This document shows, one piece after another, positions 53,082 to 62,522 of a DNA stretch of 64,000 nt. The notes below the pieces were generated by a model, which ran no database searches, was not told where the DNA came from, and saw only the letters and a program-made list of their open reading frames with translations. Both the position numbers and the translations under genes were made by a program. The DNA comes from an uncultured cyanobacterium (GTDB lineage: Bacteria > Cyanobacteriota > Cyanobacteriia > PCC-9006 > JAAUQQ01), in NCBI GenBank assembly GCA_963718615.1, contig OY970368.1:1120001-1184000 (forward strand), written 5' to 3'. How positions within the stretch are numbered: the first letter of the stretch is position 1; the number at the start of each line of letters is the position of its first letter.

Positions 53082-53252
53082 CAAAAAGTTTGGAGATCCC
53101 CCCAACTTCGTTCTCCCCCAAACCTAAATAAAAGTCTTATCTCATAAGCTTTTTAGCGACTTTACCCCCCTTGCTTGCTTTGTCCCACTCCCCCAAACGG
53201 ACTCTGGAATCGTCAACCCAGTCCCCCGATGGGGAACGGAATCAACAGCATG
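53082..53252 (+). promoter_or_regulatory. Conserved upstream module, copy 2
   Basis: Gapless similarity to 51904-52074. Confidence 0.75.
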
Positions 53253-54032
53253 TTCAACATACTCAATCGCTCACTCAAGTGCCGTACCTCTCTTTCCTGG
53301 GTCGATCGCTTACTCCTCTTGAGCCCTGGGATCACATTGATGAATACGGTGGCGACCTTTGCCGTTTTTGGCTACGGGATGCATTTACATCATGCAATCT
53401 CCGCCCCTACCTCGGATCATTCTGTCTCTGCAAACTCTCCAGTCTACCTCCCTGGGCTGGAATCCAATATTTTGCACAAGCCTTTTCCCCCGACGGCAGC
53501 ATCTCACCCAACCGTTCAGTTACCCAAGACCGACTTTTATCGATTAGTGACCCTGAGCGTTTTAGAAGCTCCCACCTCCATGGGCCGATTGGACGTAATT
53601 CAGTCCGTATTTAATCGCCTCAATGCGCCTTCAGTGGGTGCAGGGCAATTTGGATCTAGCATTACTGAGATTGTTTTCGAGGAAAAGCAATACGAGCCCT
53701 ATTTTCATTTTCAGGCCAGCGATATTGTGGATGAAGCGAGTGCGATCGAGGTGCTGCGATCGCGCGGTTATTCCAAGTCAGATGCCCTTTTTGCGCTCAA
53801 CGAAGTCATTGCCAATTTGCAACATCCCAAGCTGATGGCCGATGCTCGAAAACATGTGGGCGGTAGAACCCAATTCAAAGGTGTAAGCCAGTATCCCAGC
53901 CGTTGGCCCAACGAAGACCCCCTACGTGAAACAGGAGAAAACTTCTTTCACATTGACCCCAAGAGCCAAACCTATGAGCAGCTATCCCAATTGATGCTGC
54001 AAGGACCATTAGTGGTTCAGATGCTTGATTAA
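53250..54032 (+). CDS. Membrane-anchored SleB/Hydrolase_2-like cell wall hydrolase
   Basis: LEA..MGRLDVIQSVFNR...SITEIVF..KQYEP. Confidence 0.65.
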   Translation: MFNILNRSLKCRTSLSWVDRLLLLSPGITLMNTVATFAVFGYGMHLHHAISAPTSDHSVSANSPVYLPGLESNILHKPFPPTAASHPTVQLPKTDFYRLVTLSVLEAPTSMGRLDVIQSVFNRLNAPSVGAGQFGSSITEIVFEEKQYEPYFHFQASDIVDEASAIEVLRSRGYSKSDALFALNEVIANLQHPKLMADARKHVGGRTQFKGVSQYPSRWPNEDPLRETGENFFHIDPKSQTYEQLSQLMLQGPLVVQMLD

Positions 54033-54246
54033 ATCAGGAAAACTTGAGATATGCATTGCTTGCACCGCTCAGCGGGCAAGCGATGCTCAAGTCAACCTCA
54101 TTCGACCCAATAGCCGAGCCTCCGTCAAAGCAAAGTTTAAGGGCGATCGCACCCCCATCTTTCTTCCCTTCAACACAATTGCAGTCTTTCTGATCTTGGG
54201 CGTTAAACCGGAACGATTTCTGCTCCCATGGCGATCGACCTAAATC

Positions 54247-54720
54247 CTAACCCCTTGACCAGCGAGCCAAGGCTTTTTCAGGGTTGCTAATTTCTGCCAC
54301 CGAACAATAAAAATAATCTTGCCAATTCGCTTCCGGCAACCCCGCAAAGACCATTAAATTTAAGGGATATTCTTCGCTATCGCTGCAGCGTCGAAAATCA
54401 TCTCGAAAAAGAAAGATAGGTTTTTGGAGGGCGATCGCCATCCCCAACTCCACCATCACCCCTTCATCCGGCGGCGTACCATTCACCACCGCAAATAAAC
54501 CATCCGCCGCTCGCACATCGGCCACATCGGCCTGAGCCACACCATAGGCCCAGCCCGGTTGAGAAAAATCTACCTGATTATTGCGAGCAAAGGGCTCCCA
54601 AACCTCCAGGCCCAGTGCTTCTAGCTGTGCACAAAGAGGCGGTAATAGCAACGCTCGTTGCTGGGTCGAAAATCCGTAGGGATTAGCTAAATATAGGGTT
54701 TTAGTCATGGTTTTAGTCAT
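54247..54720 (-). CDS. Nucleoside 2-deoxyribosyltransferase family protein
   Basis: LYLANPYGFS, DEGVMVELGMAIAL, NLM. Confidence 0.88.
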   Translation of the reverse strand: MTKTMTKTLYLANPYGFSTQQRALLLPPLCAQLEALGLEVWEPFARNNQVDFSQPGWAYGVAQADVADVRAADGLFAVVNGTPPDEGVMVELGMAIALQKPIFLFRDDFRRCSDSEEYPLNLMVFAGLPEANWQDYFYCSVAEISNPEKALARWSRG

Positions 54721-54749
54721 GGTTATTGCTGATGTTCAGCCAATGCCAA

Positions 54750-56345
54750 TCAGTGAACCGACGCCGTATTTAATAGAGGGATAATCTTGACGCCAAATGC
54801 CTTTTCAAATTCTCCTTTCTTCTGTTCCAAACTCCAAAGTTCCAAGGCACAGTCATCTTGCGGATCCTGAGGTTCAAGGTGGAGATACAACTGCTGACGA
54901 TCAACATCCATCTCACAGCGCAACTGGGCGATCGCCCCCAACTGTCGCCGATCCAGCGCTACTGCTAACCGCAGCATCGGATGCAGTTGATCAACCACCT
55001 GACGAAGGGTCTTGCTGGTAAGCCGTCGATAATTTTCGTGTTTGCGCTTGGGGCCGCTTTTGCGGTGGTAACGGGCGAGGTTGGCGATCGCCTCAATTTC
55101 TCCCTCCGTATAGCCCAATAGTTCTCCATTGCGAATCAAGTAATAGGAATGCTTATGATGGGCTCCATGGCTCACATAGTGACCACAGTTATGCAAAATG
55201 GCTGCCGCCCAAAGTAGCTCTCGGGCGCTGTCATCCAACTGGTGTAAACTGCCCCGCAGTTGATCAAACAAGTCCAGCGAAAACTGCGCTACCCGCTCAC
55301 CATGCTCCAGATCGACCCGAAACTTATGGGCCGCATGGAGAACGCTGCGCTGCCGTACCGAGGTTTGATACCGCAGGCGATCGGAAATGAGCCCGTGGGT
55401 CAACATCCAATCCACCACAATGCCTTCCCGCAAAGCCCGCTCACACAGGCAAATCGCATCTAGCTGAAGGAGCGTCATGGCCTCCTGCAAAATCAGCGCT
55501 CCGGCCACAATAATCTCGGCCCGCCGATCCGACATCCCCGGCAGCTCCGAGCGTTGGGCATAGGTCATTTTCCGCAGCCGTTGAATCAGGCTCTGAATAT
55601 CCTTGAGATTGACCTGATAGCCATTGAGACGTTCCGGGACCGCGCCCTGCTGTTCCGCCGCCAGGAGCGAAGCCACCGCCTCAATGGTGCCTGAGGTGCC
55701 GATGAGTCGTGGAACTTCGCCCGGTTCCAGGTGCTGGAGCAAATCTTCCGCCGGACGCTCCAGCATGCCGCGAATATAAGCCTGAAGCGCATTAAACTCC
55801 TTAGCGCTAATGGGGTCGCTCTGGATAAACAACGCCGACAGCCGCACAGCCCCCACCTTCGTGCTGCTGAGGCTGCGGGGTTCATGGCCAGAGCCTAGAA
55901 TCAGCTCCGTCGATCCGCCCCCAATATCAATGATCACATGGGGGTGATGGTTAAACTCCAGCCCCGAGAGCACGCCTAAATAAATTCGCCGAGCTTCCTC
56001 CGTCCCCGCAATCAAATCAACCCGTAACCCCAGTTCCTCCTTGACCCGTTGCAGAAACTCAGCCCCATTGCCCGCTTCGCGTACGGCACTGGTGGCCACA
56101 GCGATGATTTGTTCGGCCTGTAGACTTTGGGCCAAGGTTTGACAGCGGCGCAGGGCTTTGACGGCTCGGTCCATGGCGGCGACGGTGAGATCTCCGGTTT
56201 GGGGATCGCGATCACCCAACCGCACCGTTGTCTTTTCCTTGGCCACAATGGTAAACGCCGGAATCTGAGGCTGAATCCGAGCCACCACCATATGGATCGA
56301 GTTTGTCCCCACATCAATGGCCGCCAGGATGCGGGGCGCGGTCAT
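54750..56345 (-). CDS. ppx: Ppx/GppA exopolyphosphatase
   Basis: AIDVGTNS, ATSAVREA, DIGGGSTE, ALREG, HD-like tail. Confidence 0.93.
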   Translation of the reverse strand: MTAPRILAAIDVGTNSIHMVVARIQPQIPAFTIVAKEKTTVRLGDRDPQTGDLTVAAMDRAVKALRRCQTLAQSLQAEQIIAVATSAVREAGNGAEFLQRVKEELGLRVDLIAGTEEARRIYLGVLSGLEFNHHPHVIIDIGGGSTELILGSGHEPRSLSSTKVGAVRLSALFIQSDPISAKEFNALQAYIRGMLERPAEDLLQHLEPGEVPRLIGTSGTIEAVASLLAAEQQGAVPERLNGYQVNLKDIQSLIQRLRKMTYAQRSELPGMSDRRAEIIVAGALILQEAMTLLQLDAICLCERALREGIVVDWMLTHGLISDRLRYQTSVRQRSVLHAAHKFRVDLEHGERVAQFSLDLFDQLRGSLHQLDDSARELLWAAAILHNCGHYVSHGAHHKHSYYLIRNGELLGYTEGEIEAIANLARYHRKSGPKRKHENYRRLTSKTLRQVVDQLHPMLRLAVALDRRQLGAIAQLRCEMDVDRQQLYLHLEPQDPQDDCALELWSLEQKKGEFEKAFGVKIIPLLNTASVH

Positions 56346-56612
56346 GGTTCCTCCCGGCCTTGCCCCCAGATGGGTCTGAAGGTTGTCAGGGCCACCATCC
56401 GAGTCTACGGGAGCGGAGAAAGAGCCAGAGCGATCAGGGGAATAGACCATGGGCTTAGGGGTGCCTACTGAACGTGACAAAACACCGATGGAAGATCGGC
56501 AGTTCTCTATCGTTCAGATTACAAAACTCAGGCGACAGCTTGAAAGTTTTAGGGGCTATGTTAAAAAGCTTCTATTCACATGCTTCTATTTCGCTAGCCA
56601 AGGGGGAAGACC

Positions 56613-57917
56613 GTGGACGAGCAGATTGCATCGGCAAGGGACTACGAAATTTTGGGGGTATCACCGGAAACCCCGCGCAAGGACATCCAATCGGCGTACC
56701 TAGCGCTGATCGAAACCTGGGATCCTCAGGCGGTCAATCGCGAGACCAATCCACGACTCTTTGAGCAGGTTCACGAACGCTATCACCAGATTAATCAAGC
56801 CTACCAGCGGATTGCGGAGCAGTTTTCTCCGGCTTCTGGAGGTGCTCCAGCCGCTGCCGCCCCCGCAGAGACGCGACTACAGGGCGAGACGGCGATCGCC
56901 CCCGATAAGACCCCTACCCCCGCCTCGGAAGCTCACCCAGCCTTTGCCCCGACGCGCATGGAGTCCCATGAACCGGACCATGAACCGGACCATGAACCGG
57001 GCCATGAACTGGGCCATGAACTGGGCCATGATACCGACCTCGAACCCGTCAGCCCGTCGGCAGCATTCATCAGCCTCTTGCGCTGGGACAAACCAGCGGG
57101 TCGGCTGATTTTAATGCTCCCGGCCCTTTGGGCGGCGTTTTTGGCGGCGGGTTCCCAGTGGCCGAGCTGGCAAATTTTGCTGATGATTGTGTTGGGCAGT
57201 ATTGCCACCAGTGCGGTCGGCTGTGTGGTTAATGATCTTTGGGATCAGGATATTGATCCCCAGGTGGAACGTACCCGCGATCGCCCCCTAGCCGCAGGCA
57301 CCCTCTCGAAGGAAGCGGCGATCGCCGTGGCGGTCATTGCTGGCATCGTGGCGGTCGTCATTGCCCTATTGCTCAATCCCCTTAGCAAGCTCCTCTGCGT
57401 TGCCGCTGCGGTGGTGATTTTGCTCTATCCCGGTGCGAAGCGGGTCTTTCCGGTACCGCAATTGGTGTTGGCAATCGCCTGGGGCTTCGCGGTCTTGATT
57501 GGCTGGGCAGCGGTCGCTGGAGCGCTCACCTGGGCCACGGGGTTGCTGTGGTTGGCGACGGTGCTTTGGACCCTGGGGTTTGATACGGTCTATGCCATGG
57601 CCGATCGCGATGATGATCGGCGGTTGGGGGTAAATTCGAGCGCGCTGTTTTTTGGCGATCGCTCGGCCCAGGCGGTAGGTCTGTTTTTTGTCGGCACAGC
57701 GCTCATGCTGCTCTGGGTAGGGATTGAGCTCAATCTTGGGATTTGGTACTGGATTAGTATGGTTTTGGTTTCCCTCGGCTGGCTCTCCCAGCATCGTCGT
57801 TTAGAAAAACACCGCAGCCGCCCGACCTCTTTGCTCTATGCCACGATTTTCAATCAAAATGTTTGGCTTGGGGTGGTCCTGTTAGTCGGTATCATTTTTG
57901 GACGGGGTACGGTTTAG
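56613..57917 (+). CDS. ubiA: 4-hydroxybenzoate solanesyltransferase (UbiA/PlqA) with N-terminal J-like domain
   Basis: LRWDKPAG, NDLWDQDID..VERT..RPL, DTVYAMAD; N-terminal YEILGV..DIQSAY..INQAY. Confidence 0.88.
   Translation: MDEQIASARDYEILGVSPETPRKDIQSAYLALIETWDPQAVNRETNPRLFEQVHERYHQINQAYQRIAEQFSPASGGAPAAAAPAETRLQGETAIAPDKTPTPASEAHPAFAPTRMESHEPDHEPDHEPGHELGHELGHDTDLEPVSPSAAFISLLRWDKPAGRLILMLPALWAAFLAAGSQWPSWQILLMIVLGSIATSAVGCVVNDLWDQDIDPQVERTRDRPLAAGTLSKEAAIAVAVIAGIVAVVIALLLNPLSKLLCVAAAVVILLYPGAKRVFPVPQLVLAIAWGFAVLIGWAAVAGALTWATGLLWLATVLWTLGFDTVYAMADRDDDRRLGVNSSALFFGDRSAQAVGLFFVGTALMLLWVGIELNLGIWYWISMVLVSLGWLSQHRRLEKHRSRPTSLLYATIFNQNVWLGVVLLVGIIFGRGTV
56967..57032. repeat. 12-bp coding tandem repeat (HEPD/HEPG/HELG)
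   Basis: CATGAACCGGAC-type unit, about 5 copies. Confidence 0.9.
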
Positions 57918-57950
57918 GGATGTACGGTTTAGGGATGTACGGTTTAGGGG
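57907..57950. repeat. 15-bp tandem repeat x3 over a stop codon
   Basis: GTACGGTTTAGGGAT, three copies (third imperfect). Confidence 0.9.
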
Positions 57951-58051
57951 CAGTGGCTCCAACCCTGTCAATCGACGGTCAAGGGGCAAGCCAAAAATCG
58001 AGCCGAATATCAAGCAACATCAAGCCAAATATCAAGTAAACAAGGGATTGG

Positions 58052-58981
58052 GTGTCTATTCATAGCGAGACTGATAGCAAAAAAAACCTGTTCAATCGCC
58101 TTCCCCCACCGCTGAAACCGGGCGATCGCCTCATGGTGGTTGCCCCCAGCGGTACCCTGCGAGAGCGGGAAAGCTTTATGCGCGGCGTGGCGCTCTGGCG
58201 GCAGCGGGGCTATCAGGTGGAGCTCTGCGCAGGCTACGACGGACGCTGGGGCTACCTAGCCGGCACCGACCAGCAGCGACGGCAGCAGCTCAAACAAGCC
58301 TGGAGTAATCCCGATTGCAAGGGTATTCTGTGCGTGCGCGGGGGCTATGGGGGGGCGCGGCTGCTGGAAGACTGGGACTGGCCCATGGTTCCGGCCAAGT
58401 GGCTGATTGGTTTTTCCGATGTGACGGCTTTGCTCTGGAGTTTGAGCCAACAGGGCATTGCGGGGCTCCATGGCCCCTTGTTAACGACGCTGGCGGAGGA
58501 GCCCGCTTGGTCGATTCAGCGGCTGTTTCACTGGGTCGAAGGCCATTGGAATTTGCCGCCGCTGCAAGGGGACAGTTGGGTGGGCGGGGTGGTTGAAGGC
58601 AAGCTGATGCCTGCCAATCTGACGGTGGCGACGCATCTGCTCCATACGGGGGTGCAGCCCTCGCTGAATCATGTGATTTTGGCCCTAGAAGATGTCACGG
58701 AAGCCCCCTATCGGATCGATCGCATGTTGACCCAATGGCGAATGTCGGGAGCTCTGAGCCAAGTTCGGGGCATTGCCCTGGGGCGCTTTAGCCAGTGCGA
58801 GCCTTCGGCGGGGGTTCCGAGCTTGAGTGTGGAGGAAGTTTTGCGCGATCGCCTCTGTGATTTGGGCATTCCCATTGTGGCGAATTTGCCCTTTGGTCAC
58901 GATGGGGTGAATGCGGCGTTGCCGGTGGGGATTTCGGCGCGGCTGGATGGCAACTTGGGAACGTTGACCACGCTGCCCTAG
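58052..58981 (+). CDS. LD-carboxypeptidase (S66)
   Basis: RGGYG, GFSDVT, LEDV.E, PFGH. Confidence 0.92.
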   Translation: MSIHSETDSKKNLFNRLPPPLKPGDRLMVVAPSGTLRERESFMRGVALWRQRGYQVELCAGYDGRWGYLAGTDQQRRQQLKQAWSNPDCKGILCVRGGYGGARLLEDWDWPMVPAKWLIGFSDVTALLWSLSQQGIAGLHGPLLTTLAEEPAWSIQRLFHWVEGHWNLPPLQGDSWVGGVVEGKLMPANLTVATHLLHTGVQPSLNHVILALEDVTEAPYRIDRMLTQWRMSGALSQVRGIALGRFSQCEPSAGVPSLSVEEVLRDRLCDLGIPIVANLPFGHDGVNAALPVGISARLDGNLGTLTTLP

Positions 58982-59062
58982 GATCGCAACACAAAATGGC
59001 AAGTGAATGGAACAGTATTAGAGAACGTCAGTTTCTCTAGTTTTTTCTCAAACCTATAGGCT

Positions 59063-59716
59063 TTATCTATTTTCCTTTTGTAATTTTTGAATGGTCTCCC
59101 GAAGACCCAATTCTGCTGCAACTTCATCCTGTTTTGCAAGCTCCAGAAATTGATAGAATGCTCTCATATCAACCCTGGGAAAGGTTGGACTAGTATCAAC
59201 TTCTTGGTATTCAAGACCTCTCAAAACTTGAATTTTCAAAACCGTCCCATCAAATCGCCAAAACTCAGGAACTCCCATCGCCGCATAAAGCCGATCCTTA
59301 TCAATATCGGTATGAGTAATATCGACTTCAACCACTAAATCCGGAGGGGGATCCTGAGCAAGGTTAACGGTTCGCCCTGCCATCACACTATAGTTTTGAA
59401 TATAGTAACCATTGTCTGGTTGTGCCCCGCGATCGAGATCCTCACGATTGAGTGTAGTGGATCCCAGCGTCTTAATGCGCAACCCGAACTCAACGACTAA
59501 AACGCGAATAAAAAGTTCGATCATGCGAGCCGAAAATTCATGAATTTCGAGGGGCATCACAATTTCTAAGGAACCACAGTTGTATGTCAGACGGGCAACC
59601 GATCGTTCTTCTAAGGCTTGGCGAATTTGTTGATAAGCTTGCCAATCTAAATTGTGTAAGGTAACCCGTTTCTCGCCCGCAACGGGAACAACCTCTGACA
59701 GCGTTGGAGTAACCAT
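59063..59716 (-). CDS. Uma2 family endonuclease-like protein
   Basis: GSTTL, PPDLVVEVD, GVPEFW. Confidence 0.9.
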   Translation of the reverse strand: MVTPTLSEVVPVAGEKRVTLHNLDWQAYQQIRQALEERSVARLTYNCGSLEIVMPLEIHEFSARMIELFIRVLVVEFGLRIKTLGSTTLNREDLDRGAQPDNGYYIQNYSVMAGRTVNLAQDPPPDLVVEVDITHTDIDKDRLYAAMGVPEFWRFDGTVLKIQVLRGLEYQEVDTSPTFPRVDMRAFYQFLELAKQDEVAAELGLRETIQKLQKENR

Positions 59717-59772
59717 AGGGAATCAGGATTGAATGCGTCATTGGAAACCGATTATTGAAAACCGATGGGGGA

Positions 59773-61533
59773 TCAAGATTGCAGGCGCGCTTCAAGTTGC
59801 TGACGCTCCCACAGGGATCGATAAAGTCCCGGCTCCGCCATCAAGGCTTCGTGGGTGCCGGATTGCACAATCTGCCCAGCGTCCATCACGAGGATGACAT
59901 CCGCTGTTGCCGCTGCGGACATTTGGTGGGAGATAAAAATGACGGTTTTGCGCTGGGTACCGCTGGAAAGCTCCTGCAAAATCCGCGTAGCCGTTTGGTT
60001 ATCAACACTGGAAAGGGCATCGTCTAGGATCAAAATCGGCGCGTCTACGAGTAATGCTCGCGAGAGGGCCGTTCGCTGGCGCTGCCCACCGGAAAGCGTG
60101 ATTCCCCGTTCCCCCACTAGGGTGTCGTAATGCTGGGGAAAGTTTTCAATTTCTGGGTGAATCTGGGCCTGTTTGGCGGCCCGTTCCACGGCAGGTTGCT
60201 CTTTTAGGGGATCGCCGTAGCGGATGTTGTCGCGGATCGTACTGCTGAATAGGAAGCTGTCCTGGGGGACATAGGCGATCGCCTCCCGCAAATTCGCCAA
60301 GCCAATCTCCGTCACATCAATCCCATCCAAAAAGAGCTGCCCCGAACCAATATCCAACAAGCGCGGGATCGCATTCGCCAGGGTTGATTTTCCCGAGCCG
60401 ATGGGACCCACCACCGCAACGGTTTGGTAAGGCTGAATGTTGAAATTCACGTTCTTTAATGCTGGAACCGATGCCCCTGGATAGGTATAGGTCAAGCCAT
60501 CCGCCTTGAGCCAGCCTTGGATCTCGCCCAAGGGGATGGTTTGTGCGGGGGCACGATCTTGAATTTTTGGAATTTCTCGTAGAATGGCTTCGACCCGATC
60601 GACACTGACTTCACCGCGCTGATAGGCCGTAATCGTAAAGCCCAAGAGGGCCGTGGGAAAGACCAATTGCTGAATGTACAAAATCAGCGTAACAAAATTG
60701 CCGACCGTGAGACCGCCCGTGGCGATCGCCCGCGATCCTAGCCACAAAATCACCAAAAGGCTCAGACTGGTCAGTCCTTCCAGCAATGGAAACAGAAAGT
60801 TTCGCGTTTTCGCCAGAATGAGATTGGCGTCTAACAGGCGATCATTCAACTGTCCAAAGGCACGACGTTCGTTGTTTTCCTGGGCATAGATCTTGATTAG
60901 CCCGATCCCGCTCATATCTTCCTGGATCAATTCGCTGATGTCAGAGAGCTGTTCTTGGACGTTTTCCTGCTGGATCCGCAGTTTATTGCTAAAGAGCTGG
61001 ACCGTGACCAGCATGATGGGGTAAACCGCGATCGCCAGCACGCTCAGCCGGAAATTTAGCAGCATCATTGCGGGCAAGACAAAGAGATAGGCCAGCAGGG
61101 TATTAATGAGACTCAAAACCGCAAAACCGACGAGACGACGGATATTATCCACATCACTCGTGGCCCGATTAATCAGATCCCCAATCGTATTGTTCGCAAA
61201 ATAAGACGGCTCCATCCGCAGCAGATGCTCGAAGATCCGCTGCTTGAGGTCAAACTCGACCTTGCGCCCCACGCCAAAAATGAGCTGTCGCGATGCCAGC
61301 CGAATCACCAGCATGACCGAGGCCAGCCCCAGGACCACCAGGGCATAGTAGATAATTCGGTCCATTTCGAGCTGACGGGCAGACTGAAGCTCATCGATAC
61401 AATTGCCAATGATACGCGGCAGCATGACCGACAAAATATTGACGAGGAGCAGCGCCCCGATCCCCAACCCCGTCTGTCGCCAATGGGGACGCAAATATTC
61501 AAAGAGTTTCTTTAGACGAGAACGGGAGGCCAT
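59773..61533 (-). CDS. ABC exporter, fused permease/ATPase
   Basis: TMD plus GPIGSGKS, LSGGQRQR, ILDD. Confidence 0.95.
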   Translation of the reverse strand: MASRSRLKKLFEYLRPHWRQTGLGIGALLLVNILSVMLPRIIGNCIDELQSARQLEMDRIIYYALVVLGLASVMLVIRLASRQLIFGVGRKVEFDLKQRIFEHLLRMEPSYFANNTIGDLINRATSDVDNIRRLVGFAVLSLINTLLAYLFVLPAMMLLNFRLSVLAIAVYPIMLVTVQLFSNKLRIQQENVQEQLSDISELIQEDMSGIGLIKIYAQENNERRAFGQLNDRLLDANLILAKTRNFLFPLLEGLTSLSLLVILWLGSRAIATGGLTVGNFVTLILYIQQLVFPTALLGFTITAYQRGEVSVDRVEAILREIPKIQDRAPAQTIPLGEIQGWLKADGLTYTYPGASVPALKNVNFNIQPYQTVAVVGPIGSGKSTLANAIPRLLDIGSGQLFLDGIDVTEIGLANLREAIAYVPQDSFLFSSTIRDNIRYGDPLKEQPAVERAAKQAQIHPEIENFPQHYDTLVGERGITLSGGQRQRTALSRALLVDAPILILDDALSSVDNQTATRILQELSSGTQRKTVIFISHQMSAAATADVILVMDAGQIVQSGTHEALMAEPGLYRSLWERQQLEARLQS

Positions 61534-61636
61534 GGGGGATGATCGGTAGATAGCGCTTCCCCATCCTAGAATCTCCCCCCAGGTTTTGCACGGTTCCCGT
61601 TAGGTTGGGGCTGATGAGCGCAATGCAACCCCACCC

Positions 61637-62500
61637 GTGATGATCCCAACGAATCAAACTGCTCTTCCCGCAGACTCTCCCGCTCAGGCGATCGCCCTCC
61701 ACACCCAAATCCAAGGCAGCGGCTTTCCGCTCCTCTGTCTCCATGGCCATCCCGGCTCGGGAGCCTGCATGGAAATCTTCACAGACGCCCTGCAAACCCA
61801 ATTCAAAACCTACGCCCCTGATCTGCGGGGCTATGGCCGCAGCAAGGCTCCGGGACCCTTTACCATGACCGACCACTTGGGCGACCTAGAAGCCCTACTC
61901 GATCGCCATCACATTCAAGACTTTATGCTGCTGGGTTGGTCTCTGGGCGGCATCCTCGCCCTTGAGCTAGCGCTACGCCATCCCGATCGGGTCAAAGGCT
62001 TGATCCTGGTGGCCACCTCCGCCGAACCCTGGGGCGATCACCCTCGCACAGATTGGACCGATGATGTGCTCACCGGCTTCGCTTCGCTGATTAACTGGGC
62101 AATACCGGGCTGGTCCTGGAATATTGAAACCCTGGGGAAGCGATCGCTCCTGCGTTACCTAGTGCAGCAACATACCCCAGACACCTATCGGTATCTCGCT
62201 CAATACGCTGTCCCGGCCTTTTTGCAGACCTCGGGTCAGGCCAATCGGGCCTTGCAAGAGGCCTTGCGATCGCGCTATAGCTGCCTGGCAGATCTCGGGA
62301 AGATTCAGTGCCCTGGTTTGATGCTGGTGGGAGAGGGCGATCGCCATATCGCCCCCGCCTCCAGCCTTGCCACAGCACAAGCCTTACCTCAATGCCAAAG
62401 CAAGGTCTATCGCAACGTCGCCCACCTTTTTCCCTGGGAAATTCCAGCAATCGTCACCCAGGATCTACAAACCTGGCTAGCCGAGAATCAGTTGCCCTAG
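61637..62500 (+). CDS. Alpha/beta hydrolase
   Basis: LHGHPG, DLRGYG, GWSLGG, D...H triad. Confidence 0.9.
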   Translation: MMIPTNQTALPADSPAQAIALHTQIQGSGFPLLCLHGHPGSGACMEIFTDALQTQFKTYAPDLRGYGRSKAPGPFTMTDHLGDLEALLDRHHIQDFMLLGWSLGGILALELALRHPDRVKGLILVATSAEPWGDHPRTDWTDDVLTGFASLINWAIPGWSWNIETLGKRSLLRYLVQQHTPDTYRYLAQYAVPAFLQTSGQANRALQEALRSRYSCLADLGKIQCPGLMLVGEGDRHIAPASSLATAQALPQCQSKVYRNVAHLFPWEIPAIVTQDLQTWLAENQLP

Positions 62501-62522
62501 GGAACCCCGTCTTGATCAACGG

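Noticed and set aside
51997-53249. TTG starts at 51997 and 53175 giving similar 25-aa N-terminal extensions
   Set aside because: The similarity is better explained by the conserved non-coding module; ATGs at 52072 and 53250 have GGA(G)-like RBSs. A translated extension is not fully excluded.
54247-54720. Nucleoside deoxyribosyltransferase as part of the TIR system
   Set aside because: It is convergent to the island and co-oriented directly behind ppx; adjacency alone is insufficient.
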